From Candidatus Kaiserbacteria bacterium (GTDB lineage: Bacteria > Patescibacteriota > Minisyncoccia > Phycocordibacterales > UBA2100), in the NCBI GenBank assembly GCA_963767115.1, contig CAVYCR010000001.1, positions 2,430 through 66,429 of the forward strand: a stretch of DNA of 64,000 bases. Direction: 5' to 3'. The notes beneath the pieces were generated by a model. That model was not told the origin of the DNA. It ran no database searches and saw nothing but the letters and a program-made list of their open reading frames with translations. Made by a program: the position numbers and the translations under genes. Shown here piece by piece: positions 44,122-53,635 of the stretch (its first letter is position 1; each line of letters opens with the position of its first letter).

Positions 44122-44242
44122 AGATGAAGATTATCATTTTTGAGGGATATAGCTTACTTCCTTGTTAGTACCACGTCAGGGGATAGGTGTTGTTAAAACA
44201 GAGATGGCGACGAGACGCGCAATGCAAAAACAGTGAGTCGTG

Positions 44243-47200
44243 CTACCCCACGACAAACGATCGACTGATCACCCCTTCCTCGGGCGCAACCTCCGTCTCG
44301 AAGACCTTTGTTGATTCTTCCGCGCCGGAGCGCTTATCTATCTCGACATGGTAGACGCCGGGCACGACGAGGACGAAGTACCGGCCATAGGCATCAAGGA
44401 CCTTGGTGGCAATGAGATTGTCCTTCGCGAAGACCTTAACGATACCAAAGGAGAGCGGATAACCGTCGCGTGTGCGCACCGTACCGTACAGGCGCGGTCT
44501 ACCTATCTTGAGCCGGAGTCCGACGAGAACGACATACATGAGAACAACGCCTATATTGAGGGGCGACTGTCGCACAATGAGCTGGTAGAGGGAGAACGCA
44601 AGACCTCCCACGAAGATCAGGTCAGTAATGGCGAGGAGCACGGGGTCGAGGTAGCTCACGTAGCGCAGCCGGTCGCTCGCGCGCTTCTCTACTTGGTTCC
44701 AGTCGGTCTCGACGGGATCCATCGGAATGTCTCTTCGAACGGTGCCGTCATCGCCTACCGTGAACGCGCCGCCAAAGTAGAGGTCGTTGTATATAATATC
44801 GTGATCGCGCCCGGAGAGATATTTCGAGGGGAAGGTGTAGTGCGTCTTCGACGCCTCCATCCGGTACGTGCCAGGCGTAGCGAGAAAGCCGTAACGGCCG
44901 TCGAGATCGGTGATGGCATCCCTGATACGTTCGCCGCGCTCATCGAAGAGCACTACATAGGCCGGGTCGATAGGCTCCTTGGTGACGGAGTCATAGACCG
45001 TCCCCCAGGGAAAGCGGCGTTTGCGCGACATAAAGAGTCCTATGAACGTATTGGTTCCTTTGTTGGCGGTATGGGCGATATTGAGAAGCGAGAACGGAGC
45101 GCCTGAGGAGGCCACAAGGACAGACGCGAGCGAGACGAGAACACCGAAGCTCTCGAGAGCACGTGCTGCTACGGGGACAGTAGGAACGGGAGGCGGAGAT
45201 GCGTTTGCCGCGCCCGTACCGGCAACTACGGGACTCGGGACAGTCGTTGTGACAGGCGTGACCACAGGAACAGGCGTGGTGATTGGCGGCGTTTGCGGCG
45301 GCGCAGTGGTTCCGGGGGACGAGGACGGCGGCGTCGGAACAACAGGAGAATTCGTCGCGGGAGGCGTGGCCGGCGGTGCGGGGCTTGATGTAGTCGTCGG
45401 AGGTGGAGTCGATGTGGTCGGTGGCGGTATCGGCTGGACGACAATTACCGGCGGGGTTATGGGCTGCGTAACCGGCGGCCCGTTGGAAGGAGGCGCGACA
45501 ACAGTAGGAGCTGGTGGAGCGGGAGACGCGGGTGATGATCCGCACGGGCCGGTGGTGAACGTATCATCGTTGCCGTAGCCGGCGCTGGCACCGTTGATTG
45601 CATAAGCGGCATAATGGTAGGTGGTGCCGCAGGAGATGATGGAGTTGGTCCAGATGTCGCCGCCATACGCTACTGCAGTGAGATGCGTGCCATCGGAAGA
45701 GGAAACGATGGATTGCCAGTTTTGTCCGCTCGCGCTCGTGCCAGCGGTCTCGTCGGTCCAGGTGGCGCCGGAGTCGGTAGACGTCCAGATGTCGCCATTT
45801 TGAGCGTTAGCAGCCAGATGTGTGCCATCTACTGATGAAGTGATGCTATACCACTGTTGATTTGCAGCGCTCGTGCCGGCGGTTTCGTCGGTCCAGGTAA
45901 CACCGCTATTGGAAGAAGTCCAAATGTCGCCATTATAGGCATCGGCGGCGAGGTGCGTGCCGTCGATGGAAGATGCAATAGCACTCCAATTCTGCCCGCT
46001 CGCGCTCGTGCCGGCGGTTTCGTCGGTCCAGGTAACGCCGCTATTGGAAGAAGTCCAAATGTCGCCGTTGCTATCTTCAAAAGCCGCGAGGTGCGTGCCG
46101 TCGGAAGAGGAAGTGATAGAGGTCCACTCGAGGCCGCTCGCGCTCGTGCCGGTGGTTCGGTTGATCCAGGTGATACCGCTGTTGGAAGAGGTCCAGATGT
46201 CGCCGTTACTCACGACTGCCGCGAGATGCGTACCGTCGGCGGATGAAGACACGGCATACCACTGTTGATTTGCAGCGCTCGTGCCCGTGGTTCGGTTGAC
46301 CCAGGTGACGCCGCTGTTGGAAGAGGTCCAGATGTCGCCGCCATACACAACTGCTGCGAGGTGCGTGCCGTTGGAAGATGCGGTGATGGAATTCCAATTC
46401 TGTTCGCTTGCGCTCGTGGCTATCGTTTCGTCATTCCAGAGTGCGCCGGAGTCGGTAGAAGTCCAGATATCGCCGCCGTAGACGACCGCGGCGAGATGCG
46501 TGCCATCGGCTGATGAAGATACGGCATACCACTGCTGGTTTACAGCGCTCGTGCCGGTGGTCTCGTCGATCCACGTGGGGTTAAATACATCCGTCGAAAA
46601 TGAACTGGCTGCGAAGTCGCCATTGGTCGTCGTCGTAGCACCATAGGCAGTGGTAAGGCCGTATATGAATCCTTCGGCAGTCGCATCATATCCTTGTATT
46701 GAGGTGATCTCGCCGTTAAGTTGAGTGCTGGTAGCCGTGGGAAAGCTTGCAGCGTCCGTAACGACCGTTGGCGGCGGGTACACTCTACCGATAGCGATGT
46801 TGCCGCCGCTAACCGCCACCAATACCGACGCGTCGGAGGACATCGCTATCGATCCCGCAGAGTTACCTAGAATTCCGCTGCATGGAGATGCTACGATGCA
46901 GCCGTATTCTCCATTGACCCAATATGCTCCGGTATCATCGGATAAAAAGATATTGCCCTGGGTACCGATCGCTGCCAGTCTGGTACCATCAGAAGACGAA
47001 ATTATGGAGGTTCCATTGTATGGGAAGCCGGCTTGATTCGTCCAGGTGACACCGGAATCATCAGAGGTCCAAACGCCGTAGGCACCGGAGTCAACTTCAG
47101 CAGCGAGATGCGTGCCGTCGGAAGAGGAAGTGATAGAGGTCCACTCGAGGCCGCTCGCGCTCGTGCCGGTGGTTCGGTTAATCCAGGTGACGCCGCTGTT

Positions 47201-48847
47201 GGAAGAGGTCCAGATGTCGCCGTCGAACACTACCGCAGCGAGATGCGTGCCGTCGGAAGATGAGGTTATTGAAAACCATGTCTGTCCGCTCGCGCTCGTG
47301 CCGGTGGTTCGGTTGACCCAGGTGACGCCACTGTTGGAGGAAGTCCAGATGTCGCCACCTCCGTATGATGCAGCAGCCAGGTGCGTGCCGTCGGCGGAGG
47401 AAATGATGCCGCCGTTGCTAAATTGGCCACTGGCGCTCGTACTCGCGGTTTCGTCGTTCCAGGTGAGGCCGGAATTACTCGAAATCCAAATGTCACCGTC
47501 CGAGTTGTTTATCGCCGCCAGCCTTGTCCCGTCTGCCGATGAAGTGACGGCGGCCCAATTATTATTGGCTTCGCTGGTATTCACAGTTTCGTCCGTCCAC
47601 GTGGCCCCGGTGTCGGCTGAAGTCCAGATATCTCCTCCCCAGGCAACTAATGCAAGATGCGTACCGTTGGCGGAGGACGTGACCACCGTTGAAGCGATGT
47701 TCCCGTCTTCATTAGATATGCGTCTAAGCCACGTCACGCCTGCATTAGACGAGGTCCACAGGAACCCCCCGAGAGCGGCGGCGGCGAGATGCGAGCCGTC
47801 GGCGGAAGATGCAATGGACGCCCAAACTTGACCGCTCGCGCCGGTGCCCGTCGTTTTGTCGGTCCAGGTAACTCCGGAGTCGGTGGAGACCCAAATATCG
47901 CCGACATCTACTGCAGCCGCGAGATGCGTGCCATCGGAAGAGGCAGTGATCGAAATCCAATTCTGTCCGCTCGCACCGGTGCCCGTAGTTTCGTTGGTCC
48001 AGGTGACACCAGAGTTGGTGGAGACCCAGATGTCTTCGGTGCCATTATTGGTAGCCGCCGCGAGATGCGTGCCGTCAGAGGATGAAGTGATCGACACCCA
48101 AGGTTGGTTGCCTGCACTCGTGCCGGTGGTCCGGTCTATCCAGGTGATACCGCTGTTGGAGGAAGTCCAGATGTCACCGTTATTCGCGACTGCTGCGAGA
48201 TGCGTGCCATCGGCGGAAGATGCGATGGAGGTCCAGGTTTGTCCGCTCGCGCTCGTGCCGGTGGTTCGGTTGACCCAGGTGACGCCACTGTCAGAGGAAG
48301 TCCAGATGTCGTCATCGCCACTCTCGACTACCGCCGCAAGATGTGTGCCGTCGGAAGAGGACGTGACGGAGATCCAGTATTGTCCGCTCGCGCTCGTGCC
48401 CGTGGTTTCGTTGGTCCAAGTGACACCTGAATTCGCGGAAACCCAGATGTCACCGGGAAATGTCACTGCCGCAAGATGCGTGCCGTCGGCGGAGGATGCG
48501 AGTGAACTCCAGGCTTGTCCGCTCGCGCTCGTTTCAGTAGTCTCGTTCGTCCAGGTGGCGCCACTATCAGAGGAGGTCCAGATATCGCCGGTAGTATCGC
48601 CTACAATACTCATATCGGGATCATTTGCAGCCACCAGATGCGTGCCATCGGCGGAGGATGCGATGAAGGTCCACATCTCTGGACTGGGGGCCCGAATAAG
48701 CGTGTAGGCCCAGTCATATCCCAAAGCCGCAACCATCGACAGCGGGAGAAGTGAGACCGCGAGCAGCGCGATATATGGTGCCACCTTCACTCCAAGGAGA
48801 TTCCGCAAATGACCGAGCAGATCCCGCTTATGTGCTGAAGTGCGCAT
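44243..48847 (-). CDS. giant surface protein: about 20 BNR/Asp-box-type beta-propeller repeats, Pro/Thr linker, TM segments and C-terminal carboxypeptidase-regulatory-like domains
   Basis: 1534 aa. The unit W.SI.SS.DGTHLAA....GDIWTS.NSGVTW..(E/R)T.GTSASGQ recurs about 21 times by eye. A PPxT-rich linker follows. The C-terminus has RIRDAITDLDGRYGFLATPGTYRMEA and DAYGRYFVLVVPGVYHVEI. Confidence 0.85.
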   Translation of the reverse strand: MRTSAHKRDLLGHLRNLLGVKVAPYIALLAVSLLPLSMVAALGYDWAYTLIRAPSPEMWTFIASSADGTHLVAANDPDMSIVGDTTGDIWTSSDSGATWTNETTETSASGQAWSSLASSADGTHLAAVTFPGDIWVSANSGVTWTNETTGTSASGQYWISVTSSSDGTHLAAVVESGDDDIWTSSDSGVTWVNRTTGTSASGQTWTSIASSADGTHLAAVANNGDIWTSSNSGITWIDRTTGTSAGNQPWVSITSSSDGTHLAAATNNGTEDIWVSTNSGVTWTNETTGTGASGQNWISITASSDGTHLAAAVDVGDIWVSTDSGVTWTDKTTGTGASGQVWASIASSADGSHLAAAALGGFLWTSSNAGVTWLRRISNEDGNIASTVVTSSANGTHLALVAWGGDIWTSADTGATWTDETVNTSEANNNWAAVTSSADGTRLAAINNSDGDIWISSNSGLTWNDETASTSASGQFSNGGIISSADGTHLAAASYGGGDIWTSSNSGVTWVNRTTGTSASGQTWFSITSSSDGTHLAAVVFDGDIWTSSNSGVTWINRTTGTSASGLEWTSITSSSDGTHLAAEVDSGAYGVWTSDDSGVTWTNQAGFPYNGTSIISSSDGTRLAAIGTQGNIFLSDDTGAYWVNGEYGCIVASPCSGILGNSAGSIAMSSDASVLVAVSGGNIAIGRVYPPPTVVTDAASFPTATSTQLNGEITSIQGYDATAEGFIYGLTTAYGATTTTNGDFAASSFSTDVFNPTWIDETTGTSAVNQQWYAVSSSADGTHLAAVVYGGDIWTSTDSGALWNDETIATSASEQNWNSITASSNGTHLAAVVYGGDIWTSSNSGVTWVNRTTGTSAANQQWYAVSSSADGTHLAAVVSNGDIWTSSNSGITWINRTTGTSASGLEWTSITSSSDGTHLAAFEDSNGDIWTSSNSGVTWTDETAGTSASGQNWSAIASSIDGTHLAADAYNGDIWTSSNSGVTWTDETAGTSAANQQWYSITSSVDGTHLAANAQNGDIWTSTDSGATWTDETAGTSASGQNWQSIVSSSDGTHLTAVAYGGDIWTNSIISCGTTYHYAAYAINGASAGYGNDDTFTTGPCGSSPASPAPPAPTVVAPPSNGPPVTQPITPPVIVVQPIPPPTTSTPPPTTTSSPAPPATPPATNSPVVPTPPSSSPGTTAPPQTPPITTPVPVVTPVTTTVPSPVVAGTGAANASPPPVPTVPVAARALESFGVLVSLASVLVASSGAPFSLLNIAHTANKGTNTFIGLFMSRKRRFPWGTVYDSVTKEPIDPAYVVLFDERGERIRDAITDLDGRYGFLATPGTYRMEASKTHYTFPSKYLSGRDHDIIYNDLYFGGAFTVGDDGTVRRDIPMDPVETDWNQVEKRASDRLRYVSYLDPVLLAITDLIFVGGLAFSLYQLIVRQSPLNIGVVLMYVVLVGLRLKIGRPRLYGTVRTRDGYPLSFGIVKVFAKDNLIATKVLDAYGRYFVLVVPGVYHVEIDKRSGAEESTKVFETEVAPEEGVISRSFVVG

Positions 48848-48911
48848 GATACTTCTCGTTGGGACTGATTTGAGATGGAGTCATAGAAAAGTAATCAGCG
48901 ATTCCTGCTTG

Positions 48912-49724
48912 TTATTTCGATGAGGACGTTGCGATAACCCAGGCGCTGGTGCTTGCCGCATCATCAGTACTACTGCTGTTTGATAAAAAAGCATCGGGGG
49001 AGGGCAGGAGGAGGGCATTGGGCTCGATGATGACGGTCCGCGTCGAAGTGCTGGTGAGGTCATTGCTATCAGTAACGACATATTCAATCGTATCGGTCGC
49101 CGACGCGCTCGTATTGATTTGTATCGGGCTCATTGGCGAACCATTGAGAAAGGTCTCGACACCGAGATTGAGATCAGATTGAGGACCGGTTATCGTCGCC
49201 CCGAGATCGTTATAGGTATCCCCGATCGTGACGATCGCGGGGTTATTGCCGTTGATGGAGATCGATGGCGGCGTCGTGCTTGCATCACCGGACAGCTCAT
49301 TGGTTGATGTCGCATCGGTTGATGTTGATGAAAGCGTGTTGTCGCTATCAATATTCCCGACTGACTGGCCTGCGGCAATCGCGCTCTCAATGGCTTGGAA
49401 CTGTGCGGCATCCACGCAGGTGGAGCCGACACAGAGCGTGTCCACCGTGAGCTTACTGCCGGTCCCTTTCGAGAAGGACAGGGTACCGGTCGTGAACGAA
49501 TCCGCGAAGCCGCTGATCGTACTTCGGAGATCCATGACTTCCTTTGAAATCGGCTGGATGAATCTCATGAAATCGAAGTTGGATTCCGACGGGGATGATG
49601 TTGGGGAAGGTGTCTCGACGCTCGCATGCGCGGTATTCGTGTATGAATAGATAACGCCCACTATGGCAGCTATGCTTAAAATACTTGCGAGAAGACTGTG
49701 CCGGTACTTCAATAGAAATCCCAT
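48912..49724 (-). CDS. secreted/anchored protein with a DUF5011-type Ig-like domain
   Basis: Signal anchor, plus INGNNPAIVTIGDTYNDLGATITGP...TIEYVVTDSNDLTSTSTRTVIIE, which fits the DUF5011 pattern. Confidence 0.75.
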   Translation of the reverse strand: MGFLLKYRHSLLASILSIAAIVGVIYSYTNTAHASVETPSPTSSPSESNFDFMRFIQPISKEVMDLRSTISGFADSFTTGTLSFSKGTGSKLTVDTLCVGSTCVDAAQFQAIESAIAAGQSVGNIDSDNTLSSTSTDATSTNELSGDASTTPPSISINGNNPAIVTIGDTYNDLGATITGPQSDLNLGVETFLNGSPMSPIQINTSASATDTIEYVVTDSNDLTSTSTRTVIIEPNALLLPSPDAFLSNSSSTDDAASTSAWVIATSSSK

Positions 49725-49996
49725 ATTAGATTAATTATAGCACGCTGAGGACCTGGAAATCGTCCGCTTTTAAAGACCTGTTGATTTCACGACGAGGCAT
49801 GCACCCCGCGCACAGCGCGTGGTAAATAGTCCCAGAATAAGCCATTCCAGCGCCGACGTGGATACGTCCACTGGCTTCGATTTTCGACCCCGCATGGTCG
49901 GAAAGTTCGGCTCAAAAACACCAATCTCATCTCGGCTATATTTCTCTTTTTTATAGAATATGGTATAGTTAGCGTTGGTTTTCCAAGGAGGCAGAA

Positions 49997-50140
49997 ATGT
50001 GGGTTCCTCTATTCTTGTATGCGGTTGCACTGCTGAGCGGCATTGCATTACTTGTAGACGAGCGGCGCAAGGAAACGCAACGATTGGTTCTCATGAATCG
50101 CAGGGCCATAGATGCCCTGAAATCCCCGGACCGAGAATGA
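49997..50140 (+). CDS. small membrane protein (47 aa)
   Basis: AAGGAGG lies 5 nt upstream of the ATG. MWVPLFLYAVALLSGIALLV is one TM helix. A strong terminator follows directly. Confidence 0.45.
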   Translation: MWVPLFLYAVALLSGIALLVDERRKETQRLVLMNRRAIDALKSPDRE

Positions 50141-50154
50141 GACATCGTCCAACC

Positions 50155-50187
50155 CCGCCGCGAGAAATTCGCGGCGGTTGTCTTTTT
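50155..50187 (+). terminator. intrinsic terminator
   Basis: CCGCCGCGAG-aaa-TTCGCGGCGG followed by TTGTCTTTTT. Confidence 0.65.
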
Positions 50188-50217
50188 GGGATGAATTAAT
50201 CGGCTGCTTACTGTAGT

Positions 50218-50289
50218 GCTCCCGGCAGGAATCGAACCTACATCACGACCTCCGCAAGGTCGCGTCCTATCCGTTGAACGACGGGAGCA
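50218..50289 (-). tRNA. tRNA-Arg (GCG)
   Basis: Hand-folded. Acceptor GCTCCCG/CGGGAGC, anticodon loop TTGCGGA, T-arm GTAGGTTCGATTCCTGC. Confidence 0.8.
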
Positions 50290-50339
50290 TGTACCCAAAT
50301 ACCCAAATCATTTTTGGGCGGGTCGATCACAATCTAACA

Positions 50340-50606
50340 CTATTTCGAAATCACCGCGAGGCGCTTGGCGAGTCGCGACTTCATGCGCGAGGCGGTGTTT
50401 TTCTTGATCGTGCCGTTCTTCTTGGCCTTGTCGATCGCCTTGTACGCGGCCGGGAGCGCAGCGGAGGCTGCCTTCGCATCCTTGCTCGCGATCAGCTTGC
50501 TTGTCTCTTTGATGGAATCCCTCATCGCCTTCTTGCGGCGCGCATTGAAGACCTTGCGGCGCAAGGAGACGCGGTAGGCTTTCTTGGCTGAACTTGTCTT
50601 TGCCAT
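50340..50606 (-). CDS. rpsT: 30S ribosomal protein S20
   Basis: MAKTSSAKKAYRVSLRRKVFNARRK...GTIKKNTASRMKSRLAK is canonical S20. Confidence 0.95.
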   Translation of the reverse strand: MAKTSSAKKAYRVSLRRKVFNARRKKAMRDSIKETSKLIASKDAKAASAALPAAYKAIDKAKKNGTIKKNTASRMKSRLAKRLAVISK

Positions 50607-50775
50607 AGTTCGGCGATAATAGCGTAATTCGCACGGAATGGCAACTCCCCCACGCGTGGCCCCAGCCTCTAGCTAATAGATGCTCAATTCCCAAATAGCG
50701 ATGTCCGACATCACTATTTTTAATTTTATTTTCTAGAAGCTAGCAGCGAGAAGCGAGAAGCTGTATTCTTTAGAG

Positions 50776-51363
50776 ATGATCGGCTACATCGAGGGCACCG
50801 TCCGCGCAGTGCACGACACTCATTGCCTCGTCCTTACGGGCGGCATCGGCTACAAGATCTTCGTCTCCAAAGAAACGCTCGCGCGGCTCGAGCTCGGCGA
50901 GCCGGCGCAGTTCTGGACGTATCTCGCAGTGCGCGAAGACGCGCTTGACCTCTACGGCTTCGTCTCCGAGACTGAGAAGCGGTTCTTTGAGCTCCTCTTG
51001 AGTGTCTCGGGTATCGGTCCCAAGTCAGCTCTCGGTATTCTCGACATCGCCGCGGTCGAGACCCTGCGTAGTGCGATTGCCGGCGGCAACGCGAGCTATC
51101 TCACCAACGTCTCGGGTATCGGCAAGAAGACAGCCGAGAAGATCGTACTCGAGCTCAAAGACAAACTCTCCAAGACAGACCTCGCTTCAGCGCTTCCGCA
51201 AGGCGACGCCGAGGCACTCGAAGCGATGCGGAGCCTCGGGTATTCGGCGCATGAGGGCCGCGAGGCCTTGCGACAGGTACCTGCGGAAGTCGAAGGATCG
51301 AGCGCACGCCTACGCGAAGCACTGCGGATCCTCGGTTCCTCCAGTTCATCAGGCTCGCGATAA
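50776..51363 (+). CDS. ruvA: Holliday junction branch migration complex subunit RuvA
   Basis: MIGYIEGTV...GGIGYKIFVS...FELLLSVSGIGPKSALGIL has the HhH motifs. Confidence 0.93.
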   Translation: MIGYIEGTVRAVHDTHCLVLTGGIGYKIFVSKETLARLELGEPAQFWTYLAVREDALDLYGFVSETEKRFFELLLSVSGIGPKSALGILDIAAVETLRSAIAGGNASYLTNVSGIGKKTAEKIVLELKDKLSKTDLASALPQGDAEALEAMRSLGYSAHEGREALRQVPAEVEGSSARLREALRILGSSSSSGSR

Positions 51364-51369
51364 TCAATT

Positions 51370-52668
51370 ATGTGGCGGATCAAGTACACGCTTCGCAAGT
51401 TCGTGCCCGCGCCAGTCGTCGCGGCATACCACTTCTGCGTCGCGGAGCTTTCCGCGCTCGTCTACTACTTCCCTTCGCGCCGCATGACGGTGATCGGCGT
51501 CACGGGTACCAAAGGCAAATCGTCGACGACCGAGATGATCAACGCGATCTTCGAAGCCTCCGGCCATCAGACCGCACTTCTCAATTCGATCCGCATCAAG
51601 ATCGGACCTTCCTCCGAGCCCAACCTCACGCGCATGTCGATGCCGGGGAGATTCTTCATCCAGAACTTCCTCGCCAAGGCCGAGCGCGCCGGCGTCAAGA
51701 TCGCGATCCTCGAGATGACCTCGGAGGGCGCGCGCCAATATCGGCACCGCGGGATCGACCTCGACGCGCTCGTCTTCACCAACCTCGCGCCCGAGCACAT
51801 CGAATCGCACGGCTCGTACGAAGCCTATGCCGATGCCAAGCTTGAACTCGGCAAGCAACTTGTCCGCTCACACAAAAGACCGCGCATCATGGTAGCCAAC
51901 GCCGACGACGCGCAATCGCCGCGCTACATGGCGCTTGGTGTCGAGACCAAAATCCCCTTCACACTCTCTGCGCAGAAGCCGTATAGCTCAGACGAGCACG
52001 GCGGTCATTTCCACTTCGACGATGTCGACATGCACGTGCAGCAGCCCGGAGAATTTTCGCTCAAAAACGCGCTTGCTGCCACGAGTGTCACGCATGCATT
52101 CGGCATATCGTCTGCACAGATCGCCGCAGGTTTGGAAAAGCTCACCGTGATACCGGGGCGCGCGGAGCGTATAGAAGCGGGGCAGGATTTCGCTGTCGTT
52201 GTCGATTATGCACATACGCCGGATTCTCTCGCTGCGCTCTATGACGCCTACGGCTCCGCACACAAGATCGGTGTTCTCGGCGCAACCGGCGGCGGTCGCG
52301 ATCTCTGGAAAAGGCCCGTCATGGGTAGCATCGCTGACGAGCGTTGCGACACCGTCATCCTCACCAACGAAGACCCGTATGACGAAGATCCGCGCTCTAT
52401 CGTCGATGCACTCGCTTCCGGCATGAAGCGCAAACCCATGATCATCATGGACAGGCGCGAGGCGATCGGTAGGGCAATTGAGATGGCTGCCATGGTTCGA
52501 CAATCTCACCATGACCAAGACGTCGCCATCTTGATCACAGGCAAAGGCACTGACCCCAATATTCGCGGAGCGCGCGGTAGCTCGCAGCCATGGAGCGACG
52601 CACAGGTGGCACGTGAGGAGATCGTGCACATACTAGAGACACCAAATAGACCACAAAGCGCGTTATAA
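51370..52668 (+). CDS. Mur ligase family protein (MurE-like)
   Basis: P-loop VIGVTGTKGKSST, EMTSEG, FTNLAPEHIESHG, and C-terminal domain DYAHTPDSL...TNEDPYDEDP. Confidence 0.85.
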   Translation: MWRIKYTLRKFVPAPVVAAYHFCVAELSALVYYFPSRRMTVIGVTGTKGKSSTTEMINAIFEASGHQTALLNSIRIKIGPSSEPNLTRMSMPGRFFIQNFLAKAERAGVKIAILEMTSEGARQYRHRGIDLDALVFTNLAPEHIESHGSYEAYADAKLELGKQLVRSHKRPRIMVANADDAQSPRYMALGVETKIPFTLSAQKPYSSDEHGGHFHFDDVDMHVQQPGEFSLKNALAATSVTHAFGISSAQIAAGLEKLTVIPGRAERIEAGQDFAVVVDYAHTPDSLAALYDAYGSAHKIGVLGATGGGRDLWKRPVMGSIADERCDTVILTNEDPYDEDPRSIVDALASGMKRKPMIIMDRREAIGRAIEMAAMVRQSHHDQDVAILITGKGTDPNIRGARGSSQPWSDAQVAREEIVHILETPNRPQSAL

Positions 52669-52675
52669 TCGAGCA

Positions 52676-53086
52676 ATGATAAAGACCATTCTGAAGGTCG
52701 TGGTCGCGATGATCGTCGTGATCTTCGTTGCGGTGTGGCTTCTGAGCGGTGGCATACAGGCGATCGAAGTTGCCTCCGGTCACTACAGTCTCCCGAGCGG
52801 TAACCTCATCGAATTTATCTCCGGCACAGGCCCTGATTCGATTGGTGAGCAATTCACGCTTCCCGGCACGCCGTCGTCCTTCCCCTCGCTTACCGTGCCC
52901 GACCAAAGCACATCGTCTCTTTCACAAGAGGAAGATGCCACTGTCGCTCCCACTGATTCGTCCGATCGTGCGCAACAGCTCCAGCAACTGCAACAGCTTG
53001 AAGCGCAGTACCAAGAGACTCAGCAACAAATACAGCAGTCGCAACAACAGACCAACCAAGCGCCCTCGTACAACTACAATTATTGA
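52676..53086 (+). CDS. membrane-anchored hypothetical protein with a Gln-rich tail
   Basis: N-terminal TM helix and a C-terminal QQLQQLQQLEAQYQETQQQIQQSQQQ low-complexity stretch. Confidence 0.5.
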   Translation: MIKTILKVVVAMIVVIFVAVWLLSGGIQAIEVASGHYSLPSGNLIEFISGTGPDSIGEQFTLPGTPSSFPSLTVPDQSTSSLSQEEDATVAPTDSSDRAQQLQQLQQLEAQYQETQQQIQQSQQQTNQAPSYNYNY

Positions 53087-53544
53087 ACCTGAAAGAGCGC
53101 GATCCCTGCAGCGACCGAGATATTGAGTGACTCTTTCACTCCATGCATCGGGATCTCGAGCAGCACATCGCAACGATCGCGCAAACCTTTCGAGATGCCG
53201 CGCACTTCGTTGCCGAGTATCACGAGTGTCGGAGACTCTGCCTTGAATGATCGATAGTCGATCGCATGTGCATCTTGCTCGATACCAACGATCTTCCATC
53301 CTGCTTTTTTCAATTTCGCTATGACAGATGCCGGCGATTTCATATATTCCCACGCGAGGGAGCGCTCCGCGCCGAGCGCCGTCTTCGCGATCTCCTTCTG
53401 TACTCGGCCGAAGCGGTCGAGGGGAGTCGGCGTGTAGCCGCACAGGTAGATATGCCGCACCCCCGCGGCATCCGCTGTGCGGAAGATCGAGCCGACGTTG
53501 TGCGCGCTGCGCACATTGTGGAGCATGACGGCAATTGGCTGCAT
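53080..53544 (-). CDS. SpoU/TrmH-family RNA 2'-O-methyltransferase
   Basis: LHNVRSAHNVGSIFRTADAAGV...LVILGNEVRGIS...IPMHGVKESLNISVAAGIALF shows the SPOUT motifs. Confidence 0.85.
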   Translation of the reverse strand: MQPIAVMLHNVRSAHNVGSIFRTADAAGVRHIYLCGYTPTPLDRFGRVQKEIAKTALGAERSLAWEYMKSPASVIAKLKKAGWKIVGIEQDAHAIDYRSFKAESPTLVILGNEVRGISKGLRDRCDVLLEIPMHGVKESLNISVAAGIALFQVQ

Positions 53545-53635
53545 TGCCGCACAGTATCATGCGGCGCTCCTCTGACCGAGGCCCGGCCTCGACCAAACAC
53601 TTGCTATTTTCGACATTGGTATATACTTCATATCC

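Larger units (their letters stand above)
42488..44199 (+). mobile_element. IS1595-family-like insertion element with a non-coding/short-ORF passenger region
   Basis: Imperfect terminal inverted repeats GTTAAAACAACAGCTATCCCTTGACGTGGTAATAC (42488-42522) and its complement partner at 44165-44199 match at 29 of 35 positions. They enclose the transposase gene plus about 750 bp. Confidence 0.65.

Noticed and set aside
42481-44206. A 5-bp AGATG as the target-site duplication of the IS.
   Set aside because: It lies 2 bp outside each inverted repeat rather than adjacent to it. It is shorter than the 8-bp duplications typical of IS1595-family elements, and a 5-mer match is easily due to chance.
49725-49996. 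ORFs of 92 and 109 aa (minus strand) and a 41-aa RGRKSKP… peptide between the DUF5011 gene and the small SD-led ORF.
   Set aside because: They have no motifs, poor composition and overlap one another. The region more likely holds the promoter (TATAGAATATGGTATAGT) of the 47-aa gene, possibly with a degraded gene remnant.
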